Positions 1 to 8,676 of a stretch of DNA of 37,225 nt are shown in pieces. Each line of letters begins with the position of its first letter. Within the stretch, counting starts at the first letter, position 1. The DNA is from a candidate division WOR-3 bacterium (GTDB taxonomy: Bacteria; Hydrothermota; Hydrothermia; B15-G9; WFZT01). The stretch is from contig JALUEE010000069.1 of NCBI GenBank assembly GCA_027053075.1, positions 1 through 37,225 on the forward strand. The letters are read 5' to 3'. The notes below the pieces were generated by a model. That model was given only the letters and a program-made list of their open reading frames with translations. It searched no databases and was not told the origin of the DNA. The position numbers were made by a program, and so were the translations under genes.

Positions 1-29
1 CTTTAAAACCTCCCCAACTTATTCCCTCG

Positions 30-381
30 AACATTGCCGGAGCAACATCTCACATTAAATTCCCAATCCATGCCTCATTAAAATCGGATCAGATACTCGG
101 AATGAGCTAGTTCGAAAATTCATTCTTTATATCTACATTTAAGAAACAACCGGGCCTAAGCTTCCCCCCACTTGCTTCGCAAGTAGGGGAGGGTTTTGGG
201 AGGGGGGCATTCCGCTTGAAAATTAGAAATTTAGGATAAAGACCTCATGCAGGTTAGAAGGGAAATACTCATTTTATACGAAAAATTGAATCATGTTGCC
301 CCTCTTCTTTTATCCTCTCTCCAAGTATTTATGCGGGGAGAGGAACATTTTGCGTTTGGAAATATCAAACAAGCTCGCTGC
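30..381. repeat. Composite palindromic intergenic element, copy 1 (inverted homolog of 30395-30775)
   Basis: The reverse complement aligns by eye with 30395-30775. Shared blocks include AGCGAG, ATATTTCCAAACG, TCCTCTCCCCGCATAAA, GAGGATAAA, GAAGAGGGG, CGGAATGCCC, ACTTGC-nnn-GCAAGTGGGGG, TGTAGAT and TCCGGCAATG. Hairpins lie at 164-190 and 313-344. Boundaries are approximate. Confidence 0.8.
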
Positions 382-384
382 GAA

Positions 385-414
385 TTGTAATTTTAGTCAT
401 GTATGCGTTAATAT
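385..414 (+). promoter_or_regulatory. Putative sigma70 promoter of panE (leaderless-type)
   Basis: TTGTAA (385-390), 18 nt, TAATAT (409-414), 7 nt, ATG 422; no SD. Confidence 0.45.
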
Positions 415-421
415 TGCTCAC

Positions 422-1441
422 ATGAAACCTGAAATTGCTGTTATTGGAGCCGGTGCAATTGGGGGCACTACCGCTGCCTTTATGGCAGAGGCTGGCTACA
501 GTGTTGAGATTGTAACAAAATATCCCGAACTTGCCCGAAAGATTGAAAACGAGGGAATTCTTGTAACAGGTGTTAAGGGAAAGCATCGTGTAAAGATAAA
601 AGCAGTACCACATGTTAAAGATTTAAAAGGCCCGAAAGACTTTGTCTTTATCGCTACCAAAGCAAATGACCTTGAAAATGTTGCGAGAGAATTGCTTCCT
701 TTCCTCCATAAAGACTCGCGCGTGGTATCAATGCAAAACGGAATCTGCGAGTTCACTCTTGCCGAAATTGTTGGAAAAGATCGGACCGTAGGCTGTGTTG
801 TAGGCTGGGGTGCCACGATGGTGTCACCGGGACACCTCGAGATGACCTCAAAGGGACATTTCTGGATCGGATATATAAATCGAGAGCCCGATGATAGGCT
901 TTATACGATCAAAGACCTGCTTGAAACTGTCGTGCCTGTGGAAATCTCGACAGATATCATTGCTCAACTTTATTCCAAACTTATCATAAACTCTTCCATC
1001 ACCTCTCTTGGGGCTTTAACGGGACTCTATCTTGGCGATATGCTCAAAAAGGGCGAAATTCGCCGCCTTTTTATCAAAATCATGGATGAGGCCCTCGAGA
1101 TAGCTGATGCAATGAATCTGAAAGTGCCACCTTACGAAGGAAAACTTGACTACTACAAGCTCGTCAACTCAAAGGGTATCTTTGGCAATATCCTAAGATA
1201 CATTGTTATCCGCGGTGTTGGCTTCAAATACAGGAAGCTCAAATCCTCGAGTCTCCAGTCCCTTGAGCGGGGTCGCCCTACGGAGATTGATTACCTCAAC
1301 GGATTTATCGTCCGCAAGGGTAAGGAACTTGGCATCCCCACGCCTCTTAATGAGAAGATTGTTGAAATGATAAAGGAAATCGAACAGGGGAAAAGGCCAA
1401 TCAGACCTGAAAACATTGAAGAGCTCCTGCCATACGCATAA
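422..1441 (+). CDS. panE: 2-dehydropantoate 2-reductase (ketopantoate reductase, ApbA/PanE family)
   Basis: Rossmann motif IAVIGAGAIGG, ATKA, SMQNG, KLIIN, SSLQSLERGRPTEIDYLNG. Start moved from 293 to ATG 422 because the extension lies in the repeat. Confidence 0.9.
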   Translation: MKPEIAVIGAGAIGGTTAAFMAEAGYSVEIVTKYPELARKIENEGILVTGVKGKHRVKIKAVPHVKDLKGPKDFVFIATKANDLENVARELLPFLHKDSRVVSMQNGICEFTLAEIVGKDRTVGCVVGWGATMVSPGHLEMTSKGHFWIGYINREPDDRLYTIKDLLETVVPVEISTDIIAQLYSKLIINSSITSLGALTGLYLGDMLKKGEIRRLFIKIMDEALEIADAMNLKVPPYEGKLDYYKLVNSKGIFGNILRYIVIRGVGFKYRKLKSSSLQSLERGRPTEIDYLNGFIVRKGKELGIPTPLNEKIVEMIKEIEQGKRPIRPENIEELLPYA

Positions 1442-1655
1442 CTGATAGGTATAGATTTTTCGCCGATATCCACAGCAGTAATATTTCCACACGATTATTC
1501 AAATAAACCTGTCAGGAAGAAGATAGTCAGGGGTGCTGAAAAATCAGGGATTTTCAACAATTCTCATTGGTATAATCAATTTTTCGCCTAAACATAAGTG
1601 AGGTCCTTACCCTCAGAAGTCAGGTGGGCACATCTTTGAACTCGCTCTACCTTCC

Positions 1656-1685
1656 TTGACTGTGTTTAAAAGCGTAAAGTATAAT
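1656..1685 (+). promoter_or_regulatory. Putative sigma70 promoter of the secDF operon
   Basis: TTGACT (1656-1661), 18 nt, TATAAT (1680-1685); SD GGAGG at about 1710-1714. A second extended -10, TGGTATAAT, lies at 1568-1576. Confidence 0.6.
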
Positions 1686-1721
1686 TGGAAACCCGAAATT
1701 CACTTTGAAGGAGGCGTAACT

Positions 1722-3269
1722 TTGAAAAGTTTAAGATGGAGAGTAGCTATAGTAGTGGTTTTTATTCTCGTAGCCCTCTGGAGTCTCTGGCCCACTTTCA
1801 AGTACTATTCCATGTCTCCTCAGGAAAGAGCTAAGCTTCCAAGGTCAAAGCTCGCATCTCTGCAAAAGCGGTCGCTAAACCTTGGACTTGACCTGCAGGG
1901 CGGAATGTACCTGCTCCTTGAGGTGGACAAATCTAAGCTCTCACCTGAAGAGGCCAAAGGGGCAGTTGATAGGGCAATCGAGGTCATTAGAAACCGTGTA
2001 GACCAGTGGGGTGTATTTGAACCCTCCATCCAGAAGGTTGGAGAGGATAGAATTCTTATACAGCTCCCTGGTGTTCTTGACCGTGAAAGGGCAAGGCAGC
2101 TTATAGGTAAAACGGCTTTACTGGAATTCAGACTGGTGGCACCCGACAACCTCATCATGGAAACCCTTGAGAGAATTGATAGAAAGCTTGCTGCAGCCGA
2201 CTCTGCCGACACAAATTCAAGACCGTTCACATCTCTACTTAATTCCTACCGTGGAAACATCGTGGTCCCAGAAGACAACGTGGCAAAAGTTGATTCTCTT
2301 CTAAAAGACCCAAGAGTAAAGGAGGCGATTCCCAAAGGATACGTTTTCATGTGGGGCAAATGGTTTGAATCCAACGGGCAGAAATTTCGCTCCCTCTACC
2401 TCGTTGAGGCAAAGCCCGAGCTCACAGGTGCCTACTTGAAAGATGCAAGGCACACAATCGGCTCTGCATCGGACCCCAACATTGCAAACCAGCCCATTGT
2501 TTTGCTTAAATTTAATAGAAAGGGCGCGGCAAGATTCTCTGAAATCACTGGCCGAAACGTTGGCAGAAGACTTGCAATCGTTCTTGACGGTGTGGTTCAG
2601 TCCGCACCTGTAATCAGAGAGAGAATACCCTCAGGGAATGCCCAGATAACGGGTATTGGCTCCATTGAAGAGGCAAAAGAGCTTGCCGTTATCCTGAGAG
2701 CAGGTGCTCTACCTGCACCGGTTAAAATTATTGAAGAGAGGTCAGTGGGACCTCTCCTTGGTCACGACTCTATCAAAAGTGGTATCACGGCATTAATAAT
2801 TGGGTTCCTCCTGGTAGTTTTCTTCATGATCCTCTATTACAATGTTTCAGGGCTCATTGCCGACCTTGCACTAATCCTAAATCTCATCTTCATCTTCGCT
2901 CTGCTTGTGGGATTCCATGCCACGCTCACATTGCCTGGTCTTGCTGGAATCATTCTCACAGTCGGTATGGCAGTTGATGCTAACGTGCTGATATTCGAGA
3001 GAATCCGCGAAGAATTGAGGGCCGGGAAAACACCAAAAATGGCGGTCAATGCAGGTTATTCAAGGGCAACTGTTACAGTGTTTGACGCAAATGTCACAAC
3101 TCTGATTGCAGCTCTGGTGCTCTATAAGTTCGGAACAGGTCCTATCCGCGGATTCGGTGTTACACTCTCAATTGGTATCATCGTCAGCTTCTTCACAGCT
3201 ATCTTCGTTACAAAGATCGTCTTTGACTATCTCCTGACAGTGAAGAAAGTCAAGACCATTAAAATCTGA
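1722..3269 (+). CDS. secD: Protein translocase subunit SecD
   Basis: LGLDLQGG, RVDQWGV.EP, GRRLAIVLDG, LRAGALPAP, TLPGLAGIILTVGMAVDANVLIFERIREE. TTG start at 1722 follows GGAGG. Confidence 0.97.
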   Translation: MKSLRWRVAIVVVFILVALWSLWPTFKYYSMSPQERAKLPRSKLASLQKRSLNLGLDLQGGMYLLLEVDKSKLSPEEAKGAVDRAIEVIRNRVDQWGVFEPSIQKVGEDRILIQLPGVLDRERARQLIGKTALLEFRLVAPDNLIMETLERIDRKLAAADSADTNSRPFTSLLNSYRGNIVVPEDNVAKVDSLLKDPRVKEAIPKGYVFMWGKWFESNGQKFRSLYLVEAKPELTGAYLKDARHTIGSASDPNIANQPIVLLKFNRKGAARFSEITGRNVGRRLAIVLDGVVQSAPVIRERIPSGNAQITGIGSIEEAKELAVILRAGALPAPVKIIEERSVGPLLGHDSIKSGITALIIGFLLVVFFMILYYNVSGLIADLALILNLIFIFALLVGFHATLTLPGLAGIILTVGMAVDANVLIFERIREELRAGKTPKMAVNAGYSRATVTVFDANVTTLIAALVLYKFGTGPIRGFGVTLSIGIIVSFFTAIFVTKIVFDYLLTVKKVKTIKI

Positions 3270-3283
3270 GGAGGCACTGAGAA

Positions 3284-4195
3284 ATGGAAATCTTCAAGAA
3301 TCCAAACTATGATTTTATAGGTTTTAGAAAGAAGGCCTTCGCAATTTCCGGAACCTTAATCCTTATCGGAATACTCTCCATCATTTTTCATGGTGGATTA
3401 AGGTATGGGATTGACTTCACAGGTGGAACACTTGTTCAAATCAAATTGGAGAAGCCTGTGGAGATTGGAAAGATTAGAAAATTGGTCAAACAGGCCGGCA
3501 TATCCGGCGCTGAAATCCAGAATTTTGGCGACAAATCAACTTTTCTTGTTAAATACAAGGCAACTATTAAAAAGGACCCCTCGGAACTCGTTAAGTTCCT
3601 GAGTGAAAAACTGAATCAAAAGGTGATACTTGAGCGAACTGAAAGGGTAGGACCCCGGGTGGGTAAAGAACTGCAGAAGAAGGCACTCGAAGCTATTCTC
3701 ATTGGTCTCCTCCTGATGCTTATCTACATCTGGATCAGATTTGACCTGAAATTCGGTGTCGGTTCGGTCCTTGCACTCTTCCACGATGTTTTCATCACTG
3801 TCGGCATATTCTCCCTCTTAAACAAGGAAATTACCATTCCGATAATCGCGGCACTCCTTACCATTGTGGGTTACTCCATCAACGACTCTATCGTGGTCTC
3901 AGATAGAATCCGTGAGAACATGAGGAAATACGGCAAAATCAAGCCGAAAATTGATAAGCTCATTGAAACTTTCAACCGAAGCATAAATGACACGATTTCA
4001 AGAACAGTCATTACATCTTTCACCACGCTACTCGTTTTGATTGCAATCCTCATCTTTGGAGGACCTGTGATATTTGACTTCGCACTCGCAATCACTATTG
4101 GAGTAGTTGTGGGAACATACTCGTCTATCTACGTGGTGGCCTCTCTCGTAGTTGAATGGGAGGCGTACCTCTCAAGACGTAAGAAGAAAAAGTGA
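3284..4195 (+). CDS. secF: Protein translocase subunit SecF
   Basis: GIDFTGG, VGPRVGKEL, ALFHDV, AALLTIVGYSINDSIVVSDRIRE, GTYSSIYVV; SD GAGGAGG. Confidence 0.97.
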   Translation: MEIFKNPNYDFIGFRKKAFAISGTLILIGILSIIFHGGLRYGIDFTGGTLVQIKLEKPVEIGKIRKLVKQAGISGAEIQNFGDKSTFLVKYKATIKKDPSELVKFLSEKLNQKVILERTERVGPRVGKELQKKALEAILIGLLLMLIYIWIRFDLKFGVGSVLALFHDVFITVGIFSLLNKEITIPIIAALLTIVGYSINDSIVVSDRIRENMRKYGKIKPKIDKLIETFNRSINDTISRTVITSFTTLLVLIAILIFGGPVIFDFALAITIGVVVGTYSSIYVVASLVVEWEAYLSRRKKKK

Positions 4196-5025
4196 AAATT
4201 GGAGTCACGGGAAATCCAAAAAAACGGGAAGTTGGAGAGCTAATCGAGAAAATCAAAAAGATTGTTTCGGGGGAAAGCTTGATTTTTGATGAAGAGCTTT
4301 CCCCCTTTCTTCTTGAAGGGGACAAAAAGGTTGGAATAGAAGAGCTTTCCATGTACGCGGACGTACTGGTCTCTCTTGGCGGGGATGGCACACTTTTGAG
4401 AACCGCGAGATTTTCACATGGACTGCCCATCGCAGGTGTGAATATTGGTGGTCTTGGATTCCTCACCGTTTTTCGCGTGGATGAGATTGAAAAGCTCGTA
4501 AAGAGTATACTCGCCAATGAATTCTCCATAGAAGAACGCATGGTTTTGAGGGCATACCGGCCAGCTACCGCAGAAGAATTCATTGCCCTAAACGACATCT
4601 CCATACGAGTTACAGGCTCATCAAGGATGATTGACATCGAAGTCGAGACCGGAGGTGAGATTTTAAACAGATACAGGGCTGATGGCGTCATTGTGGCAAC
4701 CCCCACAGGCTCCACTGCCTATAACCTCGCTGCAGGCGGACCCATTGTCTATCCCGGTATGAAAGCGATCATCATCACCCCCATATGTGCTCATACACTA
4801 TCAGTCAGACCAGTTATCCTTCCATCCAACATTTATTTGAAAATAACCACATCATCGAAAGGAGTGGAAAAGATATTACTCTCCGCTGACGGACAGCACG
4901 AGGTTCTTCTTGCAAACGGGGAGACTATCGAAATCACTGAGTGTCACAACCGTGTTAAGCTCGTCCGACTGGAAGATACTCCAGGCTTCTTTGAAATCCT
5001 CAGAAAAAAACTTGGCTGGGGATAA
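4192..5025 (+). CDS. nadK: NAD(+) kinase
   Basis: GGDGT, GLGFL, ALND, DGVIVATPTGSTAYNLAAGGP; GTG start overlaps the secF stop; conserved linkage to recN. Confidence 0.95.
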   Translation: MKIGVTGNPKKREVGELIEKIKKIVSGESLIFDEELSPFLLEGDKKVGIEELSMYADVLVSLGGDGTLLRTARFSHGLPIAGVNIGGLGFLTVFRVDEIEKLVKSILANEFSIEERMVLRAYRPATAEEFIALNDISIRVTGSSRMIDIEVETGGEILNRYRADGVIVATPTGSTAYNLAAGGPIVYPGMKAIIITPICAHTLSVRPVILPSNIYLKITTSSKGVEKILLSADGQHEVLLANGETIEITECHNRVKLVRLEDTPGFFEILRKKLGWG

Positions 5026-6686
5026 TGGGACTCATTGAACTAACCGTTAAAAACTTTATCCTTGTTGAGTCCATCGAGCTCCAATTTGCGGAAGGCCTGA
5101 ATATTATTACAGGAGAGACAGGAGCCGGTAAATCCCTTCTTGTGGGTGCCATAAATCTCCTTACAGGCGGAAAAGTTGACTGGGATGTCGTCTCTGGCAC
5201 TGAAAAATCTGAGATAATCGGTGTTTTCGAAATCACCACCAGGGCTCGCGAGATTCTGGAAGATATGGGTATCGAATCGGATGAGGAGATCATCATCCGT
5301 CGTGTACTAAATCCAAATCAGAGGAAGTCACGGTCTTATGTGAACATGACACCGGTTACACAGCAGTTTTTACGCGCACTCACATCTGCTCTCGTTGACA
5401 TCCACGGGCAGCACGAGCATCAAAGCCTCTTTGATGTATCTACACACCTTCATTACCTTGATAAGTTTGCAGGTAACGAGGAGCTCCGCGAACGATTAAA
5501 AAAAGCTTACCATGAATTGATGGAGCTCAAACGCAGATATCAGGCTGAATTAAAAGAGGTGGAGGAAACAGAAAAGGTTCGTGATTTTCTCGAATTTCAG
5601 CTCAAAGAGCTTGAAGATGCAGAGCTCAGGCTCGGTGAGGAAGAAGAGCTTGAGGAAAGGATAAAAGTCCTCAGCAATCTTGAAACCCTGAGATCAGGGA
5701 TATCCGAAGCCATGAAATTTCTTTACGAGGATGACGACTCTGCCTATTCAAAACTAACCCACGCTACAGGCATACTCCAGGATCTATCGAGAGTAGACCA
5801 GGAATTCAAGAAAGATGTGGAATCTCTTGAAGAGATTCTTATTAGGGTGGAAGACATATGGCGGCGGCTCCTTGACTATTTTAAAAAACTCGAGTCAGAA
5901 CCCGAAGAACTCGACCGACTCATGGCTCGACTTTCAAAGATAAATAGATTGAAGGAAAAGTACAAGACAGACATAAAGGGGCTTTTGAAAATCCTTGATG
6001 AGACAAAGAAAAAACTCAGCAAGGTGGAAATTCGAGATGAATTTTTAAAAAAACTGAAGTCAAAGCTAAATGAAAAGGAAAGAGAGGTGAAGAAGATTGC
6101 TCTCGAGCTCTCAAAGTCAAGGAAGAATGCTGCGGGAAAATTCGAGAAACTGGTGATGGAAGAACTTACTGCCCTTGGTATGTCACGAGCAGTCTTTGTT
6201 GTTGACTTTAAGGAAAAAGAAATCGATGAGACCGGAATGGATGAGGTGGAATTTTTGATTACAACCAACCCCGGCGAGTCTCCGAGACCCATAAGAAAAA
6301 TAGCCTCTGGTGGGGAGCTCTCAAGAGTTATGCTTGCCCTTAAAACTGTTCTTTCAGACATTGATGACATTCCTACACTGATATTTGACGAGATTGATGT
6401 GGGAATAGGTGGCAGAATAGCAGAAGTCGTTGGGAAGAAACTAAAAGCCATATCGACTAAAAGGCAGGTAATTGCAATAACCCACCTGCCTCAGATAGCG
6501 GTTTATGGGGATAGGCACTTTGTCGTTGAAAAGGAGAGTATTGGAGACAAGACTGTAACTAATGTGAGGGAGGTTAAGGGCGATGAGCGTGTAAGGGAAA
6601 TTGCCCGCATGCTCGCAGGAGAGACGATCACCGAGAGTTCCATCAACCATGCGTTAGAACTCCTCAAATCCGCCGGAACAGTTTAA
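5025..6686 (+). CDS. recN: DNA repair protein RecN
   Basis: ITGETGAGKS Walker A, DIHGQHEHQ, ASGGELSR, LIFDEIDVGIGG, ITHLPQIA. Confidence 0.97.
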   Translation: MGLIELTVKNFILVESIELQFAEGLNIITGETGAGKSLLVGAINLLTGGKVDWDVVSGTEKSEIIGVFEITTRAREILEDMGIESDEEIIIRRVLNPNQRKSRSYVNMTPVTQQFLRALTSALVDIHGQHEHQSLFDVSTHLHYLDKFAGNEELRERLKKAYHELMELKRRYQAELKEVEETEKVRDFLEFQLKELEDAELRLGEEEELEERIKVLSNLETLRSGISEAMKFLYEDDDSAYSKLTHATGILQDLSRVDQEFKKDVESLEEILIRVEDIWRRLLDYFKKLESEPEELDRLMARLSKINRLKEKYKTDIKGLLKILDETKKKLSKVEIRDEFLKKLKSKLNEKEREVKKIALELSKSRKNAAGKFEKLVMEELTALGMSRAVFVVDFKEKEIDETGMDEVEFLITTNPGESPRPIRKIASGGELSRVMLALKTVLSDIDDIPTLIFDEIDVGIGGRIAEVVGKKLKAISTKRQVIAITHLPQIAVYGDRHFVVEKESIGDKTVTNVREVKGDERVREIARMLAGETITESSINHALELLKSAGTV

Positions 6687-6833
6687 TCCCTATCTTATTG
6701 ACCATTTTTAATGGAGCCACTTCAAAAAAATTGCCTAACCTTTCCTTCGCGGGGTTTTTGCTTCGCAGTGTGTAAAAAATCTGGGAAATGCAAGGCTATT
6801 GTGAATTTGCAAAAATTTACTTTCCATATACGC

Positions 6834-7227
6834 TTCTCTCTTCGCGGAAATACTTGTGGTAAGAGAGTGAAGAGTTGGCGCTATCCCTTGAAACTTAAAG
6901 ATTTTCAAGTGGAAGACCCCCTCCCTGAATCTTTCTCCCGCACTTTGCGCGGGAGAGGTGTCTTTTGTGATTTTTCAATACTCGCTTCGTTAGTAGCGTT
7001 AAACTACACTAAATAAGCTTTCCTTCACATGCTCCGAACAAATTACTTTTAGGCTGCGAAAGAAATCGTTTTCTATCAAAATGAGATTTTCCCACATAAA
7101 CAAAATCTTCCTCTCCCCGCATAAATGTTTGCTGAAAGAGGTGAGGTGAGGAGTTACATTTTGAATCTCTGAGAATCATAAGCGGGACATCCCCGTGCCC
7201 TTCCCTCACACACTTCGTGCATGGTGG
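6834..7227. repeat. Cluster of degenerate REP-like palindromic units (same family as 30-381 and 30395-30775)
   Basis: Exact TCCTCTCCCCGCATAAA at 7109-7125. ATTTTCAAGTGGAAGACCCCCTCCC at 6901-6925 is followed by stem TCTCCCGC/GCGGGAGA (6934-6956). CACACACTTCGTGC at 7207-7220 equals the reverse complement of 30721-30734. A degenerate unit lies at 6834-6874. Confidence 0.75.
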
Positions 7228-7297
7228 CAAACATCATTACATAATCTTTACGTATCCTCTCACAGGTGTATAATTTTCCAAAAGGAGGTTTTTAACA

Positions 7298-7723
7298 ATG
7301 AAGTGGGTTACAAGAGAACATGTTCACGTGGACAGGGTTGCCTGTCCCTGGCTAATAAAAAGGTTCATTGACCCTGATGCAGAATTTGTATTCGTTCCGA
7401 GAGACACAGACCCCTCCACCATAAAGGATGGCATTCCCTTCGATTTTAAAGGGGTTGAGCTTGGCCATCACGGGGATAAATGCTCATTCGACGCCTTTAT
7501 GGAAAAGTACAAGCTGGATGACCCTGCCCTCAAAAATATTCAGCAAATTGTAAGAGAAGCTGACACCCACGTGGAAAATCCATCACCCCTTGCAGTTGCC
7601 CTGAAAATCCTCGCAAAGGGCTACAGATTGATGTGTAAGGACGATTACGAGACTCTGGAGAAGGAGTTTCCCATGTACGATGCCCTATATGCCTATTTTA
7701 AACATCAACTGGAGGAAGGCTGA
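7298..7723 (+). CDS. ChrB C-terminal-domain (chromate resistance protein family) protein
   Basis: N-terminus [27 protein letters not shown], then PFD..GVELGH..DKCSFDA and YDALYAY, typical of ChrB_C. SD AGGAGG and TATAAT (7269-7274) upstream. Confidence 0.85.
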   Translation: MKWVTREHVHVDRVACPWLIKRFIDPDAEFVFVPRDTDPSTIKDGIPFDFKGVELGHHGDKCSFDAFMEKYKLDDPALKNIQQIVREADTHVENPSPLAVALKILAKGYRLMCKDDYETLEKEFPMYDALYAYFKHQLEEG

Positions 7724-8676
7724 GGAATCTCGATATACCTCCCAATCCTGACGTACTTTTCTCTTCTCCTCGCAATAAGCTCGTCAGGTGAGAGAGCCAT
7801 CAGCTCTGGTAATGCATTTCTGATTTGCCTTTTAATCTGCTCAGCAGTCCATTCTGGATCGTTGTGAGCTCCACCTAAAGGCTCTTCGATGATTCCATCA
7901 ATAATGTCAAATGAATAAAGGTCCTGAGCTGTAAGTTTAAGGGCCTCAGCCGCCCTTGGTGCCTCTTTACCATCACGCCAGAGTATTGAGGCACAGCCCT
8001 CTGGGGAAATGACAGAGTAAATGGTGTATTTTAGGGCATAGACCCTATCTCCAAGGGCAATGGCAAGTGCTCCACCAGACCCTCCTTCGCCGATAATCAC
8101 TGTGATGAGAGGAGTCTTGAGTGAAAGCATTACCTTGAGATTCTCTGCAATTGCAAATGCCTGCCCCCTTTCCTCTGCACCCACACCAGGATATGCTCCC
8201 GGGGTATCGACAAAGGTTAAAACCGGCAGGCCAAATTTCTCGGCCATCAGCATCAATCTTTTGGCCTTTCTATATCCCTCGGGGTGAGGCATTCCAAAGT
8301 TCCTGTAAATCTTCTCCTTGGTATCCCTTCCTTTCTCCTGCCCTATCACCATCACGCGGTGATTTTCAAAAGTGGCGAGACCGGCAACAATCGAAGGATC
8401 ATCACGGAAATTTCTGTCTCCATGAAGCTCAATGAAATCCTTGAAAAGCAGGTGGATATAATCAATAAAATGCGGTCTGTCAGGGTGCCTTGCAATCTGA
8501 ACAATCTGCCAGCGGGTGAGATTTTTGTAAACCTTTTCCTTAAGCCGTTTTGCGCGCTCCTCAAGCTCCTTGATCTCCCGCTCAAGCTCGGGAGACTCCT
8601 TCACCTTTTCCTTCAGCTCGTTGATCTTTTTCTCCACCTCGTATATAGGCCTTTCAAAATCGAGCAACCTTCTCAT
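7705..8676 (-). CDS. accA: Acetyl-CoA carboxylase carboxyltransferase alpha subunit
   Basis: [63 protein letters not shown]. Confidence 0.97.
   Translation of the reverse strand: MRRLLDFERPIYEVEKKINELKEKVKESPELEREIKELEERAKRLKEKVYKNLTRWQIVQIARHPDRPHFIDYIHLLFKDFIELHGDRNFRDDPSIVAGLATFENHRVMVIGQEKGRDTKEKIYRNFGMPHPEGYRKAKRLMLMAEKFGLPVLTFVDTPGAYPGVGAEERGQAFAIAENLKVMLSLKTPLITVIIGEGGSGGALAIALGDRVYALKYTIYSVISPEGCASILWRDGKEAPRAAEALKLTAQDLYSFDIIDGIIEEPLGGAHNDPEWTAEQIKRQIRNALPELMALSPDELIARRREKYVRIGRYIEIPQPSSS

Noticed and set aside
293..421. N-terminal extensions from the ORF track (panE 293, secD 1656, lipoprotein 14336, hydrolase 15635, nrnA 29355, GNAT 34789)
   Set aside because: The extensions overlap promoters or repeats. 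Downstream starts fit domain boundaries and SD or -10 positions better.
1568..1655. Possible small RNA or riboswitch between the extended -10 at 1568-1576 and the secD promoter (small TGAGG/CCTCA stem)
   Set aside because: No recognisable SRP, tmRNA, 6S or riboswitch motif and no terminator. A tandem promoter or repeat remnant is simpler; an Rfam search would be needed.
6687..7297. Possible CRISPR array, or the ORFs 6711-7016 and 7009-7230, in the recN-chrB gap
   Set aside because: There are no regularly spaced identical repeats and no cas genes. The ORFs lack SD and recognisable motifs and run through decayed palindromic repeats.
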